19,329 bases of DNA from a virus (IMGVR_UViG_2802429248_000011:1-19329); one strand, 5' to 3'; positions 1 to 8,211 are shown, numbered from the stretch's first letter. Numbers and translations: made by a program. The notes: generated by a model from the letters alone, not told the origin.

Positions 1-462
1 ATCCCGTTTCAGGAAATCAACATGTCGGTTTTCCAGTTCCGGAAAACGCCGCTGTACCGAGAGAGGGATCCCGTCAAGAATACTGGCAATTTCACCTGCG
101 ATCCGTGACAGCACGAAAGTACAGAATGCGGTTTCCACCACTTCTGCGGAGTCTCTGGCATTCTTCAGCTCCTGGGCGTCAGCCTGCGCACGCGTAAGTC
201 GATGGCGTTCGTACTCAATAGTCCCAGGCTGGAGATCTGCCTCGCTGGCAGCCCTGTAATCCTCAACCTCTTTACGGAGTTTTTCATTTTCGATATCAGC
301 TTCCCTCTGCGCATACCACTGAATTGCCATGGCGGTATCAAATACAGATTCAACGCCCTTACCACCTCCGGAGACGCAAGGGAGTCCCTGAGACTGCCAG
401 CGTTCAATCGTTCGCGGATCCACGTTGAAAATTTCGGCAAGTTTCTTTTTATTAACCTTCAT
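1..462 (-). CDS. nu1: Terminase small subunit, lambda Nu1-like (3' end cut by window edge)
   Basis: Minus-strand ORF with ATG at 460-462 running off the window start. Translation begins [23 protein letters not shown] and continues ...[58 protein letters not shown]..., matching lambda Nu1 as I remember it. It lies directly beside a lambda-type cos site. Confidence 0.9.
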   Translation of the reverse strand, partial: MKVNKKKLAEIFNVDPRTIERWQSQGLPCVSGGGKGVESVFDTAMAIQWYAQREADIENEKLRKEVEDYRAASEADLQPGTIEYERHRLTRAQADAQELKNARDSAEVVETAFCTFVLSRIAGEIASILDGIPLSVQRRFPELENRHVDFLKRD

Positions 463-638
463 GAAACAGTCTCACAATAAATACAGGGTCCGACATGAAA
501 GTGCCCGAAAATGACTTTTTTAGGCGTTTTCATGTCGGACCTTTTACGGATTCGATATTAGAAAAAACAGATAGTTATGTTCGAGAAGTACCGACATGAT
601 TTTCCCCGGAAAATTTTCATAAATAGCGAAAACCCGCG

Positions 639-650
639 AGGTCGCCGCCC
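639..650 (-). other. cosN cohesive-end sequence of a lambda-type cos site (cosB expected in 463-638, cosQ side in 651-700)
   Basis: Minus strand reads GGGCGGCGACCTCGCGGGTTTTCGCTATTTATGAAAATTTTCC, which matches the lambda left end as I recall it. The plus-strand flank CGTAACCTGTCGGATC..CCGGAAAGGACCCG resembles the lambda right end. Position between Rz and Nu1 is as expected for a prophage. Confidence 0.8.
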
Positions 651-922
651 CGTAACCTGTCGGATCGCCGGAAAGGACCCGCAGGCGTTCTGGTTTATTC
701 GCAATGAATTCAATATCTGACAGACCTGAATACACGTCCTGTTTCTTCCACCCCCGCACAGGACTGGCGAGCATGAGGGACAAACCCGCGCACCATAAAC
801 GCGGTAAAAACCCGGTGTGCATCGTTTTTGATTATTCCCGCACACTCACGCAGAAGGAATTCCCCGTCGGGCTACGGTCATGGTTAATGCGGGAATACAG
901 CGACGATACTGCGCATGATGTG

Positions 923-1472
923 TCAGACTTGAATACCCTTATCGAATCCCGGTAATAAAAACTGTCCCTGTCTCTCCAGGCGTTTCAGCTTTGCAAGCAA
1001 TTGAGGTTTTTTCGTTCTTCCCCAGCGATTGAGCAGCCGGCCAGACATACTGGCGACATCCTTCTCTTTCATATACTCCAGCATTATGGCGTTGCGTTCT
1101 GCTTCATAACTTTCGCTGTACTTACGGAGTTCTGCTGACATCCAGTTAAAGGCATTTATATAGGCCTCTTTAACGGCGTCGGCTTTTGCGCCATTAAATC
1201 CCATGACCAGCATAACGAAGCCACTAAAGTCCATGCGGTAGTAAATCTGTTTCTTGTCGAAAATCCCTAATTCATTGATTTTTTTCGGCAACGCAAAAAT
1301 GCGCGCTCCGGAAATCTTCAGAGCAATGACAATTTTTCAGCGCCCTCAATACGTCCGCGTGACGCTTACCAAAAGCCTTTGCGATCTGGAAGGTGTCAGT
1401 TACCGGTTGACCTTCTGCTGCGGTAACTAACTGGCGAAAGTCAAAGTCATGATTCACAATTAATTCATTCAT
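923..1472 (-). pseudogene. Rha-family phage regulatory protein (antirepressor-like), reading frame broken in an A7 homopolymer
   Basis: Two overlapping minus-strand ORFs (1272..1541 and 923..1291) together encode a Rha-like protein (N part ...QPVTDTFQIAKAFGKRHADVLRAL..., C part ...YYRMDFSGFVMLVMGFNGAKADAVKEAYINAFNWM...). The frames join if the A7 run (plus 1279-1285) is read as A6. Likely start is ATG at 1472 with an AGGTAA Shine-Dalgarno. Confidence 0.55.
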
Positions 1473-1623
1473 GGCGTTACCTGCTACTTCGAAATGAACC
1501 TTTGCCGCACAGGAAACCAGCCCACCGAGGCTCGCCAGCACTAACTGGTATCCTCAAAGGCCCATTCCAAAGGGTCAGGTTCGGTGGTTATTGTGCGCTG
1601 CGGTGCGCGGTGAAATACCTATA

Positions 1624-1652
1624 CAAAAACGCCCCGCATCTGCGAGGCATTT
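1624..1652 (-). terminator. Possible intrinsic terminator downstream of the lysis cassette
   Basis: Minus strand GCCTCGCAGATGCGGGGCGTTTTTG: imperfect GC-rich hairpin followed by a T5 run, just after the Rz stop. Confidence 0.3.
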
Positions 1653-1690
1653 TCCTGAAAGTCACTTGTTAAATTTCAGTGAAATTAAAA

Positions 1691-2140
1691 TTATTTTAAG
1701 CACTGCGTCCTAATGTACTCCTGCAAGTAGTTAACCTGCGCGGTTATCCTGTCGATTCCACTTCGGAGACGGTAATAATTGAGTTCAGCATCTGCTGTAA
1801 GTCTTGGGCTTTCTCCATCGCCCATGCCGCTGGCTCCGGTCTTTGACTTTGCACAGGAGGCGGCGACTTGCAGCCGCTTACGCCCAGCAGAAACATCATC
1901 ACGGAGACTTTCGATAGTCGCGTTAGCATCAGCAAGCTCCTTTGTATATCTGGCATCGAGTTCTGCTACATCACGTTGACGCTTCTGCATATCAGCGATG
2001 ATGGATGTGGCTTTATCGCGCTGGTCTTTGTAGGCGATGGCGTTATCACGGTAATGATTAACAGCCCATGACAGGCAGACGATGATGCAGATAACCAGAG
2101 CGGAGATAATCGCGGTTACTCTGTTCATTACTGACCCCAC
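1691..2140 (-). CDS. Rz: Rz inner-membrane spanin (i-spanin)
   Basis: 149-aa ORF with an N-terminal TM segment ([19 protein letters not shown]) and coiled-coil periplasmic domain, similar to lambda Rz as recalled. Overlaps the end of R and contains an embedded +1-frame lipoprotein ORF. Confidence 0.9.
   Translation of the reverse strand: MGSVMNRVTAIISALVICIIVCLSWAVNHYRDNAIAYKDQRDKATSIIADMQKRQRDVAELDARYTKELADANATIESLRDDVSAGRKRLQVAASCAKSKTGASGMGDGESPRLTADAELNYYRLRSGIDRITAQVNYLQEYIRTQCLK
1744..1929 (-). CDS. Rz1: Rz1 outer-membrane lipoprotein spanin (o-spanin), embedded in Rz; start codon uncertain
   Basis: ORF wholly inside Rz in another frame. Signal peptide with lipobox ...LLGVSGC followed by a proline-rich mature region ([17 protein letters not shown]...), the typical Rz1 architecture. 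Confidence 0.7.
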   Translation of the reverse strand: MLTRLSKVSVMMFLLGVSGCKSPPPVQSQRPEPAAWAMEKAQDLQQMLNSIITVSEVESTG

Positions 2141-2622
2141 AAACAGATTTCACGCTCAATCTCACGACGAGTCATGAGACCTTTCCATTGCTTACCGCCA
2201 GCATATGTCCAGCGACGTAGCTGATCACATGCGCCTTTGATATCGCCCTGGTTTATTTTGCGAAGAAGCGTCGATGTTCTGAAATTGCCAGCACCCACGT
2301 TGTAAACGAATGAGTAAAGAGCGCCGCGCGTTGTTTCCGGTATATCGACTTTGATGTACGGGTTAATTTGTCTGGCGACAGTGGCAAGGTCTTTATTCAA
2401 GAGTGCTTTGCATTCTGCTTTGGTATACGTTTTACCGAGCATGATGTCTTTTCCTGTATGCCCGTGACATACAGTCCATACACCAACAATATCTTTGTAT
2501 GGTATGTAGCTGACACCTTCCAGACCATCGTTACCACTTGGGCCAGTGATTAACACTGATGCTATAGCAATTGCTCCGCCACCAATAGCAGCAACAACGG
2601 CTTTTCGTAATGATGGAGGCAT
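2128..2622 (-). CDS. R: SAR endolysin (phage 21 R-type lysozyme)
   Basis: 164 aa. N-terminal Gly/Ala-rich SAR segment ([20 protein letters not shown]) and the Glu35/Asp44/Thr50 catalytic positions (..[22 protein letters not shown]..). Near-identical to the phage 21 / DLP12 lysozyme as recalled. Confidence 0.92.
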   Translation of the reverse strand: MPPSLRKAVVAAIGGGAIAIASVLITGPSGNDGLEGVSYIPYKDIVGVWTVCHGHTGKDIMLGKTYTKAECKALLNKDLATVARQINPYIKVDIPETTRGALYSFVYNVGAGNFRTSTLLRKINQGDIKGACDQLRRWTYAGGKQWKGLMTRREIEREICLWGQ

Positions 2623-2837
2623 TATTCACCTCTCGCAGCCTTACGCCTGTCTTCTTTAATCTTGAAATAAAGATTTGTCAGATACGTCAGCAGGCCAAAA
2701 ACCAGGCTACCCAGCACACCGATTGCAGCCCACTGTGACGGAGTTACTTTATCGAGTAACTGCAATGCCCAGAAACCAGCATTACCCGCCGATGTGCCAT
2801 AGGCAACACCTGTTGTTAACTTATCCATTGATTTCAT
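2622..2837 (-). CDS. S: Pinholin (phage 21 S-type holin) with dual-start motif
   Basis: 71 aa beginning [26 protein letters not shown]... with two TM segments. The Met1-Lys-Ser-Met4 dual start is typical of S21 antiholin/holin. Its stop overlaps the R start. Confidence 0.9.
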   Translation of the reverse strand: MKSMDKLTTGVAYGTSAGNAGFWALQLLDKVTPSQWAAIGVLGSLVFGLLTYLTNLYFKIKEDRRKAARGE

Positions 2838-3056
2838 ATCCTCACCCCGATGTACACGGATGGTGCAATATGTTTGAAAATATCGGAGTCTACGGGGTAG
2901 TTTTTACAGCACACGTTGTTCTCAACGGCGCTAAAAAAACATACACATTAAAAATGTGGTTAATTATTTTGAAAGAAAATCATATATTAATTAATAATAC
3001 GAGAAATGTTTTCATATTTAGTGTACTGTATACGGCCATTTATACAGGAAAAGCCT

Positions 3057-3227
3057 ATGTCAGAACGTAAAGACTCAAAATCACGCCGTAATTATCTCGT
3101 TAAATGTTCCTGCCCAAACTGCACCCAAGAGTCAGAACACAGTTTTTCAAGAGTACAAAAAGGTGCCCTTTTGATCTGCCCTCATTGCAACAAAGTATTC
3201 CAGACAAATCTTAAAGCTGTAGCCTGA
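3057..3227 (+). CDS. Small zinc-ribbon protein (two CxxC pairs), moron gene
   Basis: 56-aa ORF MSERKDSKSRRNYLVKCSCPNCTQESEHSFSRVQKGALLICPHCNKVFQTNLKAVA. AGGAAA Shine-Dalgarno 6 nt upstream; TTGAAA / TAATAA promoter-like hexamers at 2969-2997. Confidence 0.6.
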   Translation: MSERKDSKSRRNYLVKCSCPNCTQESEHSFSRVQKGALLICPHCNKVFQTNLKAVA

Positions 3228-3286
3228 TTGATTTTATTCGCAACAAGTATTTTTTATATTTTAATAATATATTTAAAGCAGATAAT

Positions 3287-3309
3287 AAAAAACCCGCCTG
3301 AGCGGGTTT
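3287..3309 (-). terminator. Intrinsic terminator (strong on minus strand, weak on plus)
   Basis: AAAAAACCCGC-CTGA-GCGGGTTT hairpin. The minus strand has a T-run after the stem, so it would end the cspB-like transcript; the plus strand is followed by TAATATT. Confidence 0.55.
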
Positions 3310-3590
3310 AATATTGTGGTGCTTTTTGTGAGAGTCATCCACTTACGCACTTTGTTTTGCTATGCCAGCAGTTAGCTTCTGCTGTAAAACTATTCATGCA
3401 GCAAACCTGCACTTCACCACAATGGTTAGCATACTTTTCCTGATTAAGTTATTACCAAATATGCTGGCCATTGTTTCATGTATTGGACCGCCTTACTCTT
3501 TATTAAAGAGATCCAATATTCACCACTCTGTCTGTATCTCCACTCAGGCATCAGCCTTCTTCGTTATCGTATACAGACAAACTATGAATT

Positions 3591-3806
3591 TTAATCATTA
3601 ATGATGACATTTGCTGCTGCAGGACCTTTAGCACCACTCTCTACAGAGAAGGTAACCTTTTGACCTTCAAATAAGGTTCGATAATTATCATTCTGAATCG
3701 CAGAAAAATGCACAAACACATCTTTACTACCATCAACAGGAGAAATAAAGCCGAAACCTTTATCAGCGTTAAACCATTTTACTAAACCAGTCATTTTATT
3801 TGACAT
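3591..3806 (-). CDS. cspB: Cold-shock protein, CspA family (CspB-like)
   Basis: 71 aa [67 protein letters not shown]...; canonical cold-shock-domain RNP motifs; long upstream untranslated region as in csp genes. Confidence 0.9.
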   Translation of the reverse strand: MSNKMTGLVKWFNADKGFGFISPVDGSKDVFVHFSAIQNDNYRTLFEGQKVTFSVESGAKGPAAANVIIND

Positions 3807-4105
3807 TCTACATTCCTTAACTTGAGCCTTTCGGCATAAATGGTTTGTATAACAGAAACGACTTCGTACTTAATTGGAGAGACTCAAAGAAGGAATAAGT
3901 GAATAACACCTGAAATGAGAACTGCTTTAGTAAACTACTTCGTATATCGTCTGTTCTTCAAACCGACGCAATCATTAACGCATAGTTGAACATATGAAGC
4001 AATGTTTATTTTAGACATCCAGCCATCTTCAACCCCATCAAAAAACTATAGCTTTCTTCAGGAACGTGTGTATAGTGCGCCAAGTTATCAGTATTAAGGA
4101 ATTTT

Positions 4106-4318
4106 TTGTCCCGTAAAATGACAGGAATTGTCAAAACCTTTGACTACAAAAGCGGCAAAGGTCTTATCATACCATCCGATGGCCGTATCGATGTCCAGCT
4201 GCACGTTTCTGCTCTCAATCTCCGCGATGCAGAAGAAATTACCACAGGATTACGCGTGGAATTTTGCCGAATCAATGGTCTACGTGGACCTTCAGCTGCC
4301 AATGTTTATCTTTCATGA
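4106..4318 (+). CDS. cspF: Cold-shock-domain protein, CspF/CspH-like
   Basis: 70 aa [70 protein letters not shown]. Divergent from the cspB-like gene, as in the Qin prophage arrangement. First codon is TTG with AGGA upstream. Confidence 0.85.
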   Translation: MSRKMTGIVKTFDYKSGKGLIIPSDGRIDVQLHVSALNLRDAEEITTGLRVEFCRINGLRGPSAANVYLS

Positions 4319-4372
4319 GCTATATTAAAGCTTTTACTTTAAGCCCCATCGGATCACACATGGAGAGTTTTT

Positions 4373-4462
4373 ATGAATAACCCCGTCTGCCTTGATGACT
4401 GGTTGATTGGCTTTAAAAGCTTATGCTGTACTTTGGCCGTAATAGCTCTGCTAATAATATAA
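4373..4462 (+). CDS. Putative 29-aa hydrophobic peptide (speculative small protein)
   Basis: GGAGAG Shine-Dalgarno 8 nt upstream of the ATG; encodes [29 protein letters not shown]. Lies between the cspF-like gene and its terminator. Confidence 0.25.
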
Positions 4463-4611
4463 TAAGCAGACTCATTGTGTTTAGGGACATTGTACTGGAA
4501 GAAAACATTTTAAACATCAGGCAAATAACTAAGTCACCAGCTAAATAATAAGTTAACAGACATGGGTCCCGGGATGAGGTTCAACATCACCATTGCCCCA
4601 TTTAAAGCACA

Positions 4612-4637
4612 AAACCCGCTCATCAGCGGGTTTTCTA
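4612..4637 (+). terminator. Intrinsic terminator, plus strand
   Basis: AAACCCGC-TCATCA-GCGGGTTT followed by TTCTAATTTCTTT. Confidence 0.6.
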
Positions 4638-5049
4638 ATTTCTTTCTAAACATCAGATATACAAAGCCCATCATTGAGGGAATCTTATCCATATTTTTTG
4701 AAAAATGCAAGCATCACGTTGCCATCTTCATTGAAAAACCTTTATCGTGTTACTTTTATCAATTGCACTTCAGCATAGAGTTATCCCAGGCAGCACTTTA
4801 AAGACTTCTACATTACACACACCTTGTCTCCCCTTCTCGTCATATCTGCAAGACCGATATGCATGACGCAGTACATACGCTGAACTGCTTTATCCATCAG
4901 CATATTCTAGTGCTAAAGCGACTTCAGTAGCAGAAGCAAAATTCTGCTACTGTGCCAAACAGGAGTAAACGTCATTTTATGTAATGTTGATTGAGTGGTC
5001 ATAGTATCACCTCAATAACAGCTCTTCGCCCTATCATTGAAAGCATATC

Positions 5050-5058
5050 TGCTATAAT
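5050..5058 (+). promoter_or_regulatory. Extended -10 promoter element (TGcTATAAT)
   Basis: TGCTATAAT lies about 32 nt upstream of the ATG at 5090; no good -35 hexamer, consistent with an extended -10 promoter. Confidence 0.35.
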
Positions 5059-5089
5059 TAAAAAGCCACTTAACATCAGGACTTCAAAC

Positions 5090-5275
5090 ATGACTTCAAA
5101 TCAATCTGAAAACGAAATAGTTAATACTGTCAAAAAATATGCATCATGTGCTGACGATGCTTTGCAGGCAGGCAAAGAAAACGTTAAAGATAAATTTAGA
5201 AATTATCCACTGACTAGCGTGGTGGTCGCTCTAAGCATAGGGTTAACGCTTGGTTTTATTATTGGCAGAAAATAA
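5090..5275 (+). CDS. Small C-tail-anchored membrane protein (ElaB/YqjD/DUF883-like)
   Basis: 61 aa MTSNQSENEIVNTVKKYASCADDALQAGKENVKDKFRNYPLTSVVVALSIGLTLGFIIGRK. AGGA Shine-Dalgarno 8 nt upstream; C-terminal TM anchor ending in basic residues as in the DUF883 family. Confidence 0.55.
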   Translation: MTSNQSENEIVNTVKKYASCADDALQAGKENVKDKFRNYPLTSVVVALSIGLTLGFIIGRK

Positions 5276-5338
5276 TCTTAAGCCTCCCATAAGTCGTACA
5301 CAATCACATCTACCAATTAATGTTCCATTAGTAAAAAA

Positions 5339-5357
5339 CCACCTCCTGTGGAGGTGG
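5339..5357 (-). terminator. Intrinsic terminator (strong on minus strand, weak on plus)
   Basis: CCACCTCC-TGT-GGAGGTGG: perfect 8-bp stem, A6 on the plus side upstream (T6 on the minus strand after the stem), TTT on the plus side. Confidence 0.5.
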
Positions 5358-6403
5358 TTTAAGGATAGCAACAAAACACAACCTACTTTAAACGGCTATA
5401 TTCTGCTATATCTAAATAATAGGTTCTCTTTTATCATCCGGTGAAAAAGGGTTCAATGGTTGCCCCTCATCAGGACGCTCAACGGGCTCATCATCAGGCT
5501 TACGGTCATCAAAATCTGGATGTTCTGACATATTCCACCCTAGTATTTTTATGCAGGAAAGATTATTTACTCTTTCCGGTTGTCTTTTTTATTATCCTTA
5601 CCCTTACTATCCTCATTGTTTTTATTCCTGTCATGAGATTTTTCATTTGAATCACTTACATATAATGTATTCATGGGGACTCCAGTTTTTTAACAGCACA
5701 ATGCTGTATCTGTAATTATAGATGCAATTAATCATTATGGTATGTATGTTTCATGCACAAATCAGAAACGCATCTAGTGCTTTAATTAATATGGATTTTA
5801 TTGCTGTAGATTTACAAAAATTTTCATAATTAACCAGCAATATAAGACAAATATCTCATAACATGAGGGAAATCAAGCTCATTTAAAGCAATTTATAATT
5901 TTCATCCTACTATTTTCCCTACACTGCCAACACCAGTTTCGTCGCAACACTCTGACAAGACACCTATAAAATCAGTTTCGTTATCACCTTAATTTTCTTC
6001 ATGGGTAACAAACCGGTAATACATCGATAGCCTGATTGATGCACGTTACTGTTACCTCTTCCCTGCATCAGGATGGCTTCCCAAGATGATATGGTTAATC
6101 ACACTGGAACATTCACGCATAACCGTTTCCTTCATATCCTGCCGTTTTAGCATGTCTTTTCCCCTTCTTGTTAATATCAATGACTAACACAAATCTAAAA
6201 AAGCCAGCAATGTAAAAAAACTGCATTCACGGCAACCAGAATGGTTACCGTTCTGCACAAAGTTTATGTCCACAAAAAAACCACTCTGCGCGGCTTATTG
6301 ATATTTTCCACCGGTATGCATATAAGGCTCATCATTGGAAAACTCTTTGCACGTTTCCTTAGAAAATACAATCGTTATGTCGCCATCGTTCGGTGAAAAT
6401 CTT

Positions 6404-7156
6404 TTATCTTGTCACTTTTCTCAGTTGTGCTTCTGCATACGCTTCTTCCTGCCAGCACTTTGTTACCAGTTTATCAATGACGTCCGCATACCCCTTGTAC
6501 CACTGATAATCTGTCAGGTCCGGTACCAACTTCTGGACATGACGTCGTGCCAGTGTGGTCGGTAAACGACTAAACCTGTTTCCATTACAACGCCCACAAA
6601 TCTTATAAACCGGTACGCCATGAAGCCGGGTTCTTTTTTCATCCAGGACAATACCTTTACCCTTACACCCTCTGCACGCTGTGCTGACTTCGCCCTTACC
6701 ATGGCAATGCTGACATAGTTCCTTCCCCCATTCTTCCTTGATAACAGATTCCCCACTTCTGTAGTGTTTCACCACTTCGCGCAATACATTATGAAATCCC
6801 GTACCTGCACAATGTTCACAGCGAGCCTTACTTGCCGCAGACCTGGAATAATCAGCAAAGGCAAAATTCACAAGGTAAGGGATGATCTGTAACCGGGTTT
6901 CTTCACTCAATTTGTTCAATATCGGGTTATCCAGTGCCATCGCGTAATTGAGCAGACCTTCAATCGCAAACTGAGGGTTCTGAACACCAACTTTTGCCAG
7001 AAATAAGGCAAACCCAAGCGGTGCTTTCGACTGCACCATCCCCTGCGCAGCCATCACATCCGTAATTGTTAAACCACCAGAGCCTGTCGCCGGTGCGTCA
7101 TCGCTCAGTTTTGGTGATTTCGGGGAGTAATATTTCGGTAAGACTTCAAGGTTCAT
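6404..7156 (-). CDS. Q: Late-gene antiterminator Q (lambda Q family)
   Basis: Translation from ATG 7156 (GGAGA Shine-Dalgarno) begins MNLEVLPKYYSPKSPKLSDDAPATGSGGLTITDVMAAQGMVQSK..., closely paralleling the lambda Q N-terminus as recalled. Cys-rich zinc-binding pairs (CEHCAGTG, CQHCHGKG, CRGCKGKG, CGRCNGN). Longest ORF is 6404..7198. Confidence 0.88.
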   Translation of the reverse strand: MNLEVLPKYYSPKSPKLSDDAPATGSGGLTITDVMAAQGMVQSKAPLGFALFLAKVGVQNPQFAIEGLLNYAMALDNPILNKLSEETRLQIIPYLVNFAFADYSRSAASKARCEHCAGTGFHNVLREVVKHYRSGESVIKEEWGKELCQHCHGKGEVSTACRGCKGKGIVLDEKRTRLHGVPVYKICGRCNGNRFSRLPTTLARRHVQKLVPDLTDYQWYKGYADVIDKLVTKCWQEEAYAEAQLRKVTR

Positions 7157-7169
7157 GCTCGTTCTCCAC

Positions 7170-8165
7170 TTACGCCAGCACGCCAATTGCCAGCGCACGA
7201 TCGATAAAACGAAATATCAGCTTCAGCTGGGAGCCATACTTCTCTTCAAATGCCACGGTATCCGCATGCAGCTCGTCGTGATGCTTTCTGCACAAAGGCA
7301 ACACAAAGAGGTCATGCGCTTTTGTAGCCATTCCACCCTGACCGTGGCCTATCAGGTGGTGGGGATCATCAGCAGGCTTTCCACAACATGCACACGGCTG
7401 TGTCTTAACCCAGCGCGTGTACTTTTCGTTAACCCAGCGGCGACGTTTGGGGCGTAACATAAAAGACTCCGGCGACTCCGGATCCACTTTCAGCGCCAGC
7501 ACCTTTTTCGCTTTATCCTGGATAATGCTGGTGGCAGGAACCGAAGGCACAAGGTCACTTTCCCGGGTGACAGACGGCACAACAGGCTTCGGTAATCTCA
7601 GTGCCTTACGGGCTGCACTTTCCGGTAAGGCATCCGCCAGGTCATTACGAATCAGCCACCAGCACAGTTCCGGCATTGTCACAACGTGACTATCATCAAA
7701 ACCGAGATCCCGACGCACAACAGACAACACCCAACGGGCACAGTTATCCGTTGCCATTGATTCCAGCCGTTCCGTGAACTGATCGCGCAGCTGGTTATCG
7801 CAGTGCCAGCACAGACGGATTGCGCCCGGGGCGTGTCGCATTGTGGTCATGTTCTCGCTGTGCCAGTCGGAATGAGGCCACTGGCAGCCCTTTTCACGAA
7901 GTAACCAGCTTTCAAGACATTCCACGCCACCAGCACGACGGATCACTGCCTCATTGCGGAACACGGCCCGAACGGCAGGATCATCCGCCAGCGGTTGTGA
8001 TGCCGCCGGAACGGCACCACTGGCGAAAGATGAATAACGCTCCGGCTCAGGCTCCAGCAGGACACGCCCCTGCATAAACAGGGGCATCAGCTCTGAACCT
8101 GGCCTGAACAATACGATCCCCATACGCGGGGCAATTTCAGGGGTCAGCAGTGCTCTCACGGTCAC
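7170..8165 (-). CDS. DUF968-like protein with C-terminal HNH/zinc-finger-like Cys/His motif; start codon uncertain
   Basis: 331-aa ORF. C-terminal ...TQPCACCGKPADDPHHLIGHGQGGMATKAHDLFVLPLCRKHHDELH... resembles the DUF968 family found just upstream of Q in E. coli lambdoid prophages (memory-based). Several candidate starts. Confidence 0.7.
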   Translation of the reverse strand: MTVRALLTPEIAPRMGIVLFRPGSELMPLFMQGRVLLEPEPERYSSFASGAVPAASQPLADDPAVRAVFRNEAVIRRAGGVECLESWLLREKGCQWPHSDWHSENMTTMRHAPGAIRLCWHCDNQLRDQFTERLESMATDNCARWVLSVVRRDLGFDDSHVVTMPELCWWLIRNDLADALPESAARKALRLPKPVVPSVTRESDLVPSVPATSIIQDKAKKVLALKVDPESPESFMLRPKRRRWVNEKYTRWVKTQPCACCGKPADDPHHLIGHGQGGMATKAHDLFVLPLCRKHHDELHADTVAFEEKYGSQLKLIFRFIDRALAIGVLA

Positions 8166-8211
8166 CTCAGCGAACGGTATTGCATGAACGCAGAAGAAAA
8201 AAATTCAGCCA

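Noticed and set aside
202-480. 92-aa plus-strand ORF
   Set aside because: Antisense to the well-supported Nu1 gene.
544-955. ORFs 544..822 (-), 558..845 (-) and 704..955 (+) across the cos region
   Set aside because: They overlap the cos site, whose sequence matches lambda cos non-coding DNA, and have unconvincing composition and starts.
3026-3047. Canonical LexA (SOS) box
   Set aside because: Half-sites resemble CTGT/ACAG but the spacing is 14 nt between CTGT and ACAG rather than 8; kept only as a generic inverted repeat.
3362-3601. 79-aa plus-strand ORF
   Set aside because: Lies in the 3' flank of and antisense to the cspB-like transcript; hydrophobic, low-complexity translation; no Shine-Dalgarno.
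4562-4801. 79-aa plus-strand ORF
   Set aside because: Reads straight through a strong intrinsic terminator hairpin (4612-4637) and has no ribosome-binding site.
5250-5650. Plus-strand ORFs 5250..5444 and 5441..5650
   Set aside because: They span the 5339-5357 terminator or lie antisense to the better-supported minus-strand small ORFs; poor composition.
4320-6400. tRNA genes in the Q-to-S interval (as in Stx phages)
   Set aside because: Scanned for T-loop-like GGTTCGAATCC-type motifs and cloverleaf-compatible stems; none found by eye. A tRNAscan run would be definitive.
6335-6756. ORFs 6335..6565 (+) and 6514..6756 (-)
   Set aside because: Alternative frames over the Q antiterminator gene; the Q frame carries the recognisable motifs.
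7066-8077. Plus-strand ORFs 7066..7281, 7155..7457, 7417..7689, 7820..8077
   Set aside because: All antisense to the Q and DUF968-like genes; low-complexity translations.
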